Shown here: positions 39,461 to 51,499 of the stretch, one piece after another | How the letters are laid out: every line of letters starts with the position of its first letter | Position numbering within the stretch: the stretch's first letter is position 1 | Source: Octopus sinensis | Taxonomy: Eukaryota | Assembly (NCBI RefSeq): GCF_006345805.1 | Contig: NC_043000.1 | Location: 92,938,001 to 93,002,000 of the forward strand | Direction of reading: 5' to 3' | DNA length: 64,000 nt | The notes under the pieces: generated by a model | Database searches by the model: none | Told to the model about the DNA's origin: nothing | The model's input: the letters and a program-made list of their open reading frames with translations, nothing else | Position numbers and translations under genes: made by a program

Positions 39461-39961
39461 TACCACATTTCTGGGGTGACACTCATAGCAGATCTTCCAG
39501 ATTGCTCATCATCTTCCAAGGATATTCTTCCACTTTTGAAGCACACATGCCACATGGAACATTGTGTATAACCCATTGCCTTATTGCCATAAGGTTGCTG
39601 AAGCATGCTCAATATCTCTGTAGCAGACGCCCTAAGTTTAACACAAAATTTCATGTTGGGCTCTTTGTTGCAACTTCCAGTCCATGACAAAAATCGCAGA
39701 CTACAGCATACAAGTGATCACAAGAACACAAATTTCACAACTTGCGAAATCAACACAGTGATGTCACAAGGCACACTGCCTCATGAAGGTGACTGCTAAC
39801 TATCACTGTGCACACAGCCATGCGTTACCATCTGTTGGCACATTACAGAACTAGTCCAGGAACTTTTCAATACCACCTCAGTACATATACGTATATATGT
39901 GTATATATATGTATATGTATATGTGTATATGTGTATATTTGTGTGTGAGTTATATATATAT

Positions 39962-40302
39962 CTGCTGAGACCCCCTTCGGTCAAGACTGACCATGGGATT
40001 GAACCTAGAAAGTTACCCTCGCAGGCACAAGTCCAGGCAAGGTTGTTTATAGAAGACCAACAGTCGCCCATGCATACCAGCCTCCCCTCTCCACCCCACC
40101 TATGTTATCCCAGGGAAAGGCAAAGGCCGATACAGCTTGGCACCTGTGATGTTGCAACTCATTTCTACAGCTGAGTGAACTGGAGCAACGTGAAATAAAG
40201 TGTCTTGCTCAAGAACACAACACGCAGCCTGGTCAGGGATTCGAACTCACAACTTCATGATCGTAAGCTTGACGCTCTAACCACTGAGCCATGCTCCTTC
40301 AC
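39962..40302 (-). mobile_element. SINE family E copy, well preserved
   Basis: GGAGCATGGCTCAGTGGTTAGAGCGTC...GAGTTCGAATCCC, then GTGTTCTTGAGCAAGACACTTTATTTCACG. Confidence 0.85.
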
Positions 40303-40350
40303 ATATATATATGTAAATATATATATGTATGTATGTGTGTGTGTGTGTGT

Positions 40351-40648
40351 GTGGAGGCACATGGCTTAGTGGTTAGAGCAGTGGACTCACGGTCAAGAGA
40401 TCGCGGGTTCGAATCTCAAACCGGGCGATGTGCATGCTTATGAGCGAAACATCCAAGCTCCATGCACTCCAGCAGAAGGTAATGGCAAACTTCTGCTTAC
40501 TCTTTTGTCCCAGCTTTCTCTCACTCTTTCATCCTGCATCTTGCAGCTCACCTGCGATGGACTGGTGTCCCATCCATGTAGGGAACCTATACGCCAACGG
40601 AACTGGGATACCGGCCCTTATGAGCCAGGCATGGCTTGAGAAGAAACA

Positions 40649-40650
<2 letters not shown>
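40351..40650 (+). mobile_element. SINE family D copy
   Basis: GGAGGCACATGGCTTAGTGGTTAGAGC...GGGTTCGAATCTC; CTGCGATGGACTGGTGTCCCATCC. Confidence 0.85.
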
Positions 40651-40690
<40 letters not shown>

Positions 40691-41540
40691 ATATATATAT
40701 GCATATATATACATATCCATATCCATATACATATATATATGTATATATATATATTTGAAAAAATGAGTAGGGTTGGCTTTTGGGGGATAATTATTATTTT
40801 AATAATAATGTTCACAGTGAGTGACTCAGATATGAGTTTTAAGCTTCAAATAGCCATTTTCTAAAGATAATTTTTGATTATAGTTAATTGATAAAAGAAA
40901 GGCTCCAACAGGGCAAGTTGTTATTTTATAATTTCTCACAGTTTTATGGCTTTATTTCATTTATCTCAAGCTTGAAACTCATACCAGAGTCACTCATTGT
41001 AAATATTATTATTAAAATAAAAATTATCCCAAAAAGCCATCTCTACTCATTTTCCCAAGTATATAATACTGTATTGTTAGCATGCCAGGTGAAATGCTTA
41101 CCGGTATTTCATCCATATTTATGTTCTGAGTTCAAATTCCAGTGAGGTCGACTTTCCTTTCATCCTTTCAGGGTCGATAAATTAAATACCAGTTGATAAA
41201 ATTAATACGAATCGAATACTGGTGTTGATGTAATCAACTTACCCACTGCCCAAAACTTTTGGGCTTTGTGCCTAGAGTAGAAAAATATATAATACTGTAC
41301 CAAGAACTTTCTACCATGTATATATATATATATAGGTGTGTGTGTGTGTGTGTGTGTACAGTGCTTCCTTGCTTTGATATACATATACATACAAAGCGAA
41401 AAAGCATCCGATTCATATAAATGAGCAACTAATCATTTTGTTTTCACTATTTTGATCTTGATTTTGTCTTGATGAGCTTGGAAAATGAATGGAAGTGCTA
41501 ATAAAGAATTATCCAAAATTCTTCTGCCTCCTTTTTCTCA

Positions 41541-41582
<42 letters not shown>

Positions 41583-41689
41583 TATATATACATATATATT
41601 ATAATAGCATACATGTATATATATATATATAATATATATATATATATATACATACATGTATATACATACATGTTATATATATATATTAT

Positions 41690-41728
<39 letters not shown>

Positions 41729-41957
41729 ATATATATATATATATATACGTAGGCGCGGGCATGGCTGTGTGATTAGGGAGCTTCCCTAGCTACATGGTTT
41801 CGGGTTCAGTCCCACTGCGTGGCACTTTGGGTAGGTGTCTTCCACTATAGCCCCGAGCCGACCGAAGCTTTGTGATGGAATTCGGCAGGCGGAAGTTACT
41901 GCCGTGTGTGTATATGTACATGTAGGTGCTTGTGCCTCTCCGAATATTATACACACC

Positions 41958-42024
<67 letters not shown>

Positions 42025-42029
42025 TATAT

Positions 42030-42238
42030 CGGGAAGCTTTATGAAAATAAACAAAAGACGAAGGCAGGTGGAGTACAAACAAACAATTGTATTATTATGG
42101 CGCTCGGAATATAAATAAAACAAGTCTTTTACGTTTCGAGCCTATTTCTTCAACAGAAAGATACACAGAAAAGAAACACGGAGAGAAACAAGGAGAGAAA
42201 AAAAATGCGTGCAGAAGCTAGCGATTCAACATGGCGTA
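42030..42238 (-). mobile_element. ~200-bp hammerhead-bearing element inserted in (TA)n
   Basis: Minus strand 42126-42160: cuuu-CUGUUGA-agaaauaggcuc-GAAAC-GUA-aaag. Homologous to 47225-47418. Confidence 0.65.
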
Positions 42239-42309
42239 TATATATACATATATACATATACACACAAACACACACGCATACATACTTACATACAAATATA
42301 CATACACAG

Positions 42310-42468
42310 TTGAAAATATGAATAAAAATGGCTTTTCTGATAGTTTTTCCACTTTAATAATTAGATGTTTGTAAATCATTAGGTGTTTACAAATGCCTAA
42401 TCACTTACAAACATTTAATTATTAAGTGGAAAATTTATCTGAAAAGCCATTTTTATTCATATTTTTCA
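42310..42468. mobile_element. Fold-back (hairpin) MITE-like palindrome
   Basis: ~70-bp arms: TTGAAAATATGAATAAAAATGGCTTTTC... / ...GAAAAGCCATTTTTATTCATATTTTTCAA. Confidence 0.75.
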
Positions 42469-42721
42469 AATATATCATACCTTACTGAGAAATTTCTAAT
42501 TCTACAATGTGTGTGTGTATATTTGTGTGTGTATATTTGGTGTGTGTATGCATATATATCATTTTGAACTTTATATTGATTTATTAATGTCGAAGAAAGC
42601 ACACATATATATTGAATATTTTATTGATAATAAGTCATGTTCCTCTAGTTTTCCATTTGTATTGCCTCCATTCAAATTACAAATTGCATATATATACATA
42701 CATACACACACAGACACACAC

Positions 42722-42953
42722 ACGTGTGGCATGTAAAAAGCACCATCCAACTGTGGCCGTTTGCCAGCCCCGTCTGGAACCTGTGCCGGTGGCACGTAAA
42801 AAGCACTCACTACACTCACGGAGTGGTTGGCGTTAGGAAGGGCATCCAGCCGTAGAAACATTGCCAGATCAGACTGGGCCTGGTGCAGCCTTTTGGCTTC
42901 CCAGACCCCAGTTGAACCATCCAACCCATGCTAGCATGGAAACCGGATGTTAA

Positions 42954-42994
<41 letters not shown>

Positions 42995-42995
42995 A
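42722..42995 (+). mobile_element. SINE family C copy with (ATG)n tail
   Basis: GGTGGCACGTAAAAAGCAC...GGAAGGGCATCCAGCCGTAG...CATGCTAGCATGGAA...(ATG)n. Confidence 0.85.
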
Positions 42996-43782
42996 TATAC
43001 AGTAGGCATTTTTCTGTTCCTATCTACCAAATCCTTTCTCAAGACAGTGGATAGCCCACTGCTATAGTAGAAGACACTCATTCTAGGTGACATGTACTGG
43101 AACTGAACCTGAAGCCTTGCGGTTGGGAAGCAAACTTCTCAGACAGACAGACATAACTGTACCTATCTCATCATCATCATTCTTTAACATCCATTTCTGA
43201 TGCTGGCATGGGTTGGACAGTTTGACCAGAGCTAGGAACCTAGAGAGCTGCACCAGGTTCATGTCTGATTTAGCTTGCTCTCTATGGCTGGATGCCCTTC
43301 CTAATGCCAACTACTTTTCAGTGTGAACTGGGTGCTTTTAACATGGCACCACATAAGTACTTTTATGTGGCACTGACACATGACTCTTGCAGGCCAATTC
43401 TCTTCACCAGGGGAAGTGGACTTAGCACTTCTGCTGTGAAGAATGGGTCTTCTTGAGTACTGTCTTCTATGAAATTCATGACACCCCAAATTACTATAAA
43501 TATAATCTGCATTTTTTTTTTTCTTGTTTCAGTCATTTGACTGCAGCCATGCTGGAGCACCGCCTTTAGTTGAATCAAATCGATCCCAGGACTTATTCTT
43601 TCGGTCTCTTTTGCCGAACTGCTAAGTTACGGGGATGTAAACCAACCAGCATCGGTTGTCAAATGATGTTGGGAGGACAAACACAGATACACAACATATA
43701 TACAGACATACATACATATATATATATATACATATATACGATGTATGTATGTATCTATATATGTATGTATGTGTGTATATAC

Positions 43783-43831
<49 letters not shown>

Positions 43832-44230
43832 TGATATCATCATTATATATATGTAAATATATATATTGTGTGTGTGTGTTGGTGATAGGAAAAATATCCA
43901 GCTATAGGAGGCCATCTGACACATGAAAGCATGGAAAAGAGGACATCAAAATGATGATGATTTATAGATAGACTGACAAATGAATACATACATACTTACA
44001 ATCATACATATCTGTAGATATGAAAATAGATATATGGTTGGAAGTTTAAAATTACATACACCTCCTGAGTGTTACTTATTTAATTACTGATAATTTTTGC
44101 TGTTGTTGTAGATAATTTTCATTTATTCCTTATTGTATTAATTCGTGTTTATTTTTGTTTTTAATAAAATTTTTTTTTACCTTGTCTTTATCACAGTTTC
44201 AGTTTAAGAGCTGAAACCTTACATATATAT

Positions 44231-44520
44231 ATCATCATCATCATCATCATCATCATTTAGCGTCCGCTTTCCATGCTAGCATGGGTTGAACAGTTCAACT
44301 GGGGTCTGGGAAGCCAGAAGGCTGCATCAGGCCCAGTCTGATCTGGCAGTGTTTCTACAGCAGGATGCCCTTCCTAATGCCAACCACTCCGTGAGTGTAG
44401 TGGGTGCTTTTTACGTGCCACCCACACAGGTGTCAGACGGAGCTGGCAAACGGCCATGGACAGATGGTGCTTTTTACGTGCCACCGACACGGGGGCCAGG
44501 CTAGGCTGGCAAAGGCCATC
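44231..44520 (-). mobile_element. SINE family C copy
   Basis: (CAT)n then TTAGCGTCCGCTTTCCATGCTAGCATGGG... Confidence 0.85.
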
Positions 44521-44849
44521 CTAATGGTTCTTATATTTTTTTTGATAACATAGCGTGTTAGATATGATGATGTCTATATTACAATAATACAATAATAATG
44601 CTGTGCATGTATAGTGATACTATGATCATGAACTTAGCATTAGCTTATCTCACTCTTTCTCATGGAACCCCTAAGAATCTTTTGTGGAACCGTAGGGTTC
44701 AGGGGAACTCCAGTTGAGAAATGCTTATTACAACTCTCAAATGAGAGAAAGCAGAGAAAATGTTGACTAAAAATTCCATATAGTATGTAATTATGTTTAA
44801 GGTCATGAACTTAGAAGAGCTTAGAACATCTCTATGTTCTAAACTAAAG

Positions 44850-45285
44850 TTCGTTCTGCAGATGCTGACTTTGCTTTTTGTCCTTTTGGGATCGATAAAA
44901 TAAGTGCCAGTTGTGCACCAGGCTCCATAAGTACCAGCTGAGCACTGGAATCGATAAAATAAAGTACCAGTCGAGCACTAGGGTCAATAAAATAAGTACC
45001 TGTTGATCACCGGGGTCAATAAAATAAAGTACCAGTTGAGTACTGGGGTTAATATAATAAGTACCAGTTGAGTACTGGGGTCGAGAAACTAAGTACTAGC
45101 TGAGCACAAGGGTTGATAAAATAAGTACCATCTGTGCACTGGAGTCAATAAAATATGTACCAGTTGAGTACCAGGGTCAATAAAAAAGTACCAGTTGAAC
45201 ACTGGGGCTGATAAAATGAGTACCAGCTGAACAGTGGGGTTGATAAAATAAGTACCAGTTGAGTACTGGAGTCAATAAAATAAAC
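44850..45285 (+). repeat. ~32-bp minisatellite (GTCRATAAAATAAGTACCAGTTGAGYACTGGG, ~13 copies) amplified from the SINE-B central domain
   Basis: Continues directly from a family-B body (GCTGACTTTGCTTTTTGTCCTTTTGGGATCGATAAAATAAG); there are no unique spacers. Confidence 0.85.
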
Positions 45286-45967
45286 TGAGCAAATGACTCA
45301 AACAAGTAAAAGAATATATATTCCAAAATATGCACTGAGATATGTGGCACATTGCTGTACTCAAGAATGCCTGCCCAACCCAATAGAATTGATATCCTAA
45401 AACTAAGGTGCAACACAATAAGCATTAGCATGAGTGCTGGTGCCATGTAAAAAGCTCTCAGTACACTCTATAAAGTGGTTGGAATTAGGAAGTGCATCCA
45501 GTTCCTATCAAGCTAGCCAATCCATGCTATCATGGAAATGGACATTAAGCATTGATAATGATGATGGTGCTTGTATTCAATATTTCGGTGTTATGACCCC
45601 ATTTTCAAGAAATTAACGAATGTTTCTAATGTGTGTGTGTGTGCAAGAATGTGTGAAGTGGACATGCATGGAAAGGTGTTGCTATAGCAACCAGCTAGCT
45701 TCCTGTTGTTGATTTTAAGTTTCTTTTGGTGTATGAGGATGGCCTCTTACAATATATTCTACACATAGTAATTATTCCATTATAATGATATATATAGAGA
45801 TATAAAAGTTGCAGTGTAGAAAGGAGATTGCTTCCCAATCAGATGGTTCTGAGTTCAGTCTCACTGCATGGTACCTTGGCCAGGCAAGTGCTTTTTACAA
45901 TAGCCTCAGACCAACCAAAGCCTTGTGAGTGGATCAGGTAGACAGATACTGAAAGAAGCCCTTTATA

Positions 45968-46630
45968 TAGATATTTATTGATGAAAGTTGCCTCTTTATT
46001 CATTCTTTGCTGTACTGAAGTGTTCTGTGAACATTGATAGAAGAGGAAAATTAGGAAATTAGGATTAAGGTTTCTAGCACACCTTTTTATATGTTCACTG
46101 ACCTGTATCTGTCTGTATTGTGGGTGGTGGTATGGTAATCATTATATTGGCCAAACAGGAATATCACTCTGTTGAAGAATCACTCTCCTCAAAGAACAAA
46201 TCTGCCACCCACAATATAGACAGCAAAGAATGAATAAAGAAGCAATTTTCATCAATAAATATCTTCCACAACTCAATATGAACACATGACTTAACATAGA
46301 ACACCACTAACCTTTCAATTAATACCACTAACCTCCATACATCCCATGCACCATTCACATTACAGGTTTATATCTACCCTAATTGCACCAAATCCAGAAC
46401 TACTTACCTTCCATTTACATAATCTTTTTACCCAGGGACTAGAAGACCCAACACCATTTGGTAATTGGTGTGCATTCAAAGCAGTGATCAGAAATTTTAC
46501 AAAACCAGTATGCCTTGGAATCTCTTTAGCAATTCACAATAATGACTTTTATTGCTTTTATTCCTACCTCAGTTCATCTAATTGTATATATCTATCACTA
46601 CTTTTCATAAAAAGCCTTTACTTTTTTTGA
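45968..46630 (+). mobile_element. Penelope-like element 3' end (GIY-YIG C-terminus + UTR) preceded by an inverted partial copy
   Basis: 46230-46295 encodes QRMNKEAIFINKYLPQLNMNT* (R..EA..I....P.LN motif). 45970-46015 and 46108-46130 are its reverse complement. Confidence 0.6.
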
Positions 46631-46754
46631 TTTCCAATGTGAATTTTATCTTATTTTCCTTCTTACTTTCCCCTTACATTTCCACATGTAGTTTCTATTT
46701 TCTTTTTGTAACATTTTTCTAATATATATAATATATATATATATATATATACAA

Positions 46755-46820
<66 letters not shown>

Positions 46821-47224
46821 CATATATATATGTATATATATATATATATATATATGGTGGTGCTCCAGCACTGCCAAAGTCAAATGCTTGAAACAAATAA
46901 AAAAGAAAAGTGTAAAAGAATATATATATATATAATATATATATATATATGTATATATATGTGTGTGTGACTTTGGGTCTGTGTTCATTCATTTTTGCTA
47001 CCTCCATCATCACCACTTGACAACTGATGTCAGTGTGTATATGTCCCAGTAACTAAGCAGTTCAGCAAAAATTACTGATAGAATAAGTACTAGACTTAGA
47101 AAGAATAAGTCCTGTTCTCAATTTCTTTAACTAAAATACCCTTTAAGGCGGTGCTCCAGCATGGCCACAGTCAAATGACTGAAACACGTAAAAGTGCAAA
47201 AGAATAAAAGAATATATACTGTAC

Positions 47225-47418
47225 ATATATATAGTTGAAATTTACAGAAAAACAAAAGATGAAGATACATGTATGAACAACAAGCAGGTGTATTAGTTTG
47301 ATGCTCAGGAAAGTGAAAAAGTGTTTTATGTTTCGAGCCTATGCTCTTCAACAGAGAGGAATAAGAGAAAATAAACAGAGAGAGAATAAAAAAAAAACTG
47401 TGGACTTAGCAGTCAAGC
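47225..47418 (-). mobile_element. ~200-bp hammerhead-bearing element (same family as 42030)
   Basis: 47323-47358 minus strand: CUGUUGA-A-GAGC-auag-GCUC-GAAAC-AUA. Confidence 0.65.
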
Positions 47419-47951
47419 ATGGCGACTGATGAAGGTAATATATGTATATATATTCAGTAATTACATTTGATTATGCAGGTCTGAAAATTTTTAATTTCAG
47501 AAAAGAGATTAGTAAATTGTAACATCTATGGCTTGCCTTTACTAATTACACATAAATTCTGAAAAAAAAAAAAAAAAATTTCACTGTATAACTAACTGGA
47601 AAGAAAATAGATTTTTCTTATACAGCAGCATAATATTCATCACCATTTCTAACATGCTTCCTTCATTTACATAATGGTAACACACCTCTGTTAAATTGAA
47701 CAAGAAACACATATGCGATTCCGTTTTTTTGTTGTTGTTGTTGTTGTACTTCTTTTTCTTCCAAATGTCACTTCTATGTAAGATGTATCTTGATATTTCA
47801 GGTAAAAATGTTAGCATTAAGTCTTAATAACATATCTGTTTAAAGAATTTCAATTTAGAAATGGTAAAAGAAAATCATGTATTACATTTATTATTGTATC
47901 TATTTATTTGGCTATTTATTTATGCTGTTATTATTATTATTATTATTATTA

Positions 47952-47996
<45 letters not shown>

Positions 47997-48520
47997 CAAT
48001 TGTTGTTGCTGTTATTATCATCATCGTCGTTGTCGTTGCTGTTGTCATTGTTGCTGTTGTTTGTCTTGTTTGTTGTTGCACTGTCTTTTTTTTATTTATT
48101 ATTTCTTCCAGTGTCTTTGATTTTAACAGTTTTTAAAATTTGATGACACATTCAGATATTTTAAATTGCCATTTAAATCCGATAAGTATTTCGGTATTTA
48201 AAATCTTGATAGCTTTCAACCCTTTTTTTTTAAGATGATTTTCTGGCAGATTTTTCATTTAAACAGCGTAAATTTTTAAAGAAAAAAAAAACAGAAACAA
48301 GAAAAAAAAATTAGTTTTGTAATAAGATCCTACATGCCACACATATGCATGTATGGACATGTGGACATGCGGATGCACATGCACACATGTATGCTCAAAC
48401 ACACACACACATGCATGTGAGCACAATCATTCGCTTTAACTTGGTTGATTTATATATATATATATATGTATGTATATGTGTGTGTGTGAGTGTGTGTGTA
48501 ACTATGTATCTCTATGTATG

Positions 48521-48558
<38 letters not shown>

Positions 48559-49267
48559 TATGTATATATATGTAAATATATATGTATATATATACATATA
48601 TATCTATATATACATATTTATGTATATGTATGTGTGTGTATATATATATATAAATATATGTGTAAATATATATATATATATGTGTGTGTGCTATCATCAT
48701 CATCATATATATGCATATATATATGGTGTGTGTGTGTGTGTGTACGTATATATTGACATATATATACATATACATGAGTGTGTGTGTGTAAGCCCTGCTA
48801 AAATAGAGATTCTCAGTATGAATGTGTTCCATTAAAGTACCAACGAAAGAAGCAAAAATGCAATCAGAACTTGGAGATAAGATAGAAAGACTATCAATTT
48901 CATTGCCATTAGAATTATGTTTCAATCTCAATGCAAATCTCCGACATTAATCCACACATTCAATATTCCTTGGGCATTATGATAAAATTGCTATTTATCA
49001 TTATTAACCATTATTACTTTTGTTGTATAGCTGAAGATTTTATCTTGAGATTGTATTGCACTATTTTTCCTGAAAAATAAGCTCCATTAATTCTACCCCT
49101 GCTATTTAGTAATAATTGGCAGAAATTACAAAGTTTCATGCATTGGTATTTTCATAAATGCCAGTATGTGGCACTCTCAGCTTTTGAACCACTCTGTAAC
49201 CTCTGTTGATTATTAAGAAAAAACTTATATTTTGTTAATATATATATGTGTGTGTGCGCGTGTGTGA

Positions 49268-49308
<41 letters not shown>

Positions 49309-49847
49309 CTCTTTTACTCTTTTACTTGTTTTGGGAAAATCGACCACAGAGCTTATTCTTTGTAAGCCTAGTGTTTATTCTATTGGTCTCTTTTGCCGAA
49401 CCACTAAGTTACAGCGATGTAAACACACCAGCATCGTTTGTCAAGTGATATTGGTGGTTCAAACACAAACACACAAACATACACACACACACACATATAT
49501 ATATACTTGTATTAAGGGCATTACACAGCACAACACATCCTGAGATCAATTTGACAATCACCAGCAATGAATGCAAGAAATTTCTCCAGGAAAGTTAACA
49601 AGGAATCTTTTAAAAACCTCCCCACCAAAGTTATCAAAGAACTTACTAGAAACTAAACTGTAAAATTTTATTATTAGAAAATTAAATTGATTAGAACTAC
49701 CAGTGAAGTCATTCTTTTCCTGTTTCAAATATGTATATACACACACACACATGCTAAAGGCAGTGCTCCATCATGACCACAGTCAAATGACTGAAACAAA
49801 TAAATGAGTAAAAGAATATATATACATACTTATATATATATATATAT

Positions 49848-50084
49848 TTCTTCACCCATTTCCTTCCGGTCATTCAAAATGTGACCACGTGTGTACCATT
49901 GGCGATTTTTTTCCTCTGTCTTCCCTTCTCTGGATCTTTCCTTCTCCTATGTTTCCGACAAAGAGCTCCGCTCGAAACGTTAAACCCTCCTTCTTCCCTT
50001 CTTTCCTGAGCGTCCAATAATACTATATTTGTTCCACGTCCTCGCGTTGTTGTGTTTTTTTGTGCTTTCATGTTTGGATTAACT
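49848..50084 (+). mobile_element. ~220-bp hammerhead-bearing element in (TA)n
   Basis: 49951-49985: guuu-CCGACAA-A-GAGC-ucc-GCUC-GAAAC-GUU-aaac. Homologous to 59836-60038. Confidence 0.7.
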
Positions 50085-50168
50085 TTATATATATGGAAAA
50101 ACATCAAGGTAAAAAATGCTAAAATAATTTTATAAAAAAAATTTCATTATAAAAAACATATATACATA

Positions 50169-51044
50169 CAGTGTGTCCCCAAAAAATGTTTGTACACTTT
50201 AGCAGCTGATAACTCAATTGATGTTTTTTTCTTTTCAGAGGAAACCCATTGGAATTAATGATAGCAATCAGACTAAGCTTTGAACAAAGGAAATTCATTC
50301 TAAAATACTACTTGAAGTGTGAAAGACAGTTTAGGAGGGAATTTCAAACAGATCCACGAATGCAACTCACATCACTCAAATCAGAGATAAGTTTGAAGCT
50401 GATGGAACTGTTCAGAATATCTGCAAGAAGCAATCTGGAAGAACACAAACATCGACAACCTCAACAAAACAAGAAGGAAACATATCACCAAAAATCCAAG
50501 AAAATCTGTACAGCAAGCAAGTTATGAGGTAGGTATTCCAAAATCGTCTGTCCAATGCATTAAAGAAGACTTTGAAAATGTGGGGTTTTATTTTCAGCAA
50601 GATGGGGCACCCCCACACTACCATCACTATGTTAGATCCTTCCTTGATGAGGTCCTGCCAAACAGTTGAATTGGACAAAGAGGTTTCATTGAATACCCTC
50701 CACGTTCACCAGACCTCACACCACTAGACATTTTTTTATGGGGATACCTAAAAGATAAAGTCTACACTATGAAACCTGTAACAGTCACTGATTTGAGAGC
50801 AGTCACTGAATGAGAATGCACACAAATACCAAACGAATTGTTTCATGATGTTTGCAATTCCATTGCTTTGCTTTGTCAGCAGTGTCTGGAACAGAATGGA
50901 CGTCAGTTTGAAAATAGGCGTTAACAAAACAATAAATAATGTCTGTAGGTTCAATTAAATTTTGAAAATGAAACGTATTTTAATACTCGTAAACACCTAC
51001 TTTACAATTATTCAAAGTGTGTATACATTTTGGTGGACACCCTT
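50169..51044 (+). mobile_element. Internally deleted Tc1/mariner transposon (DUF4817-type, rosa/DD41D-like)
   Basis: RLSFEQRKFILKYY...QIRDKFEADGTV...FQQDGAPPHY...YPPRSPDLTPLDIFLWGYLKDKVY. TIRs CAGTGTGTCCCCAAAAAATG / CATTTTGGTGGACACCCTT, flanked by TA. Confidence 0.85.
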
Positions 51045-51499
51045 TATATATATATCTTGTATATATTTGTATCTTTTACTTGTTTCAGTCATTAGACTGC
51101 GGTCATGCTGGGGCACTACCTTGAAGAAATTTTAGTTGAATAGTGTTGATTCATTTGAATCCACCACGAAGATTTCGTATAGGTTTTTGTTTTATTGAAA
51201 CAGAAAGAATGAAAATAATTGATGACCTTGGTGAGGTTTGAACTAAGGGTGCTGAGTACTAAAAGAAATCTTCTAAAGCATTCTGACCCTTTAATAACTC
51301 CACCATTTTACCAATTATTTGTCATTATTGTCATAATGGTTCGGCTGTCATACCAACCTAACTTCAGGAGCCTATTTTTTTAAGTACGATCCTTTACATT
51401 CTGTACCATATGCTTTATTAAATCCATGGAGGTGGGATGTTCTCATTGCATTTTCCACACCAGAGATATCACATTACTGATAATTCTAAGAACATCTCT

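Larger units (their letters stand above)
38641..39883 (-). mobile_element. Internally deleted mariner (Mos1/SETMAR-type N-terminus) with both TIRs and two nested elements
   Basis: ORF 39460-39690 NMKFCVKLRASATEILSMLQQPYGNKAM...FKSGRISLEDDEQSGR is a mariner HTH. TIRs: TACAAAGTGGTATCAAAAAGTTACGGGACT (38641) and AGTCCAGGAACTTTTCAATACCACCTCAGTA (39853-39883). Confidence 0.8.

Noticed and set aside
44890-45285. CRISPR-like array (32-bp units with a hairpin)
   Set aside because: No unique spacers, the unit derives from a SINE domain, the context is eukaryotic, and there are no cas genes.
47418-47435. CTGATGAAGG as another hammerhead core
   Set aside because: No stem II or GAAA follows.
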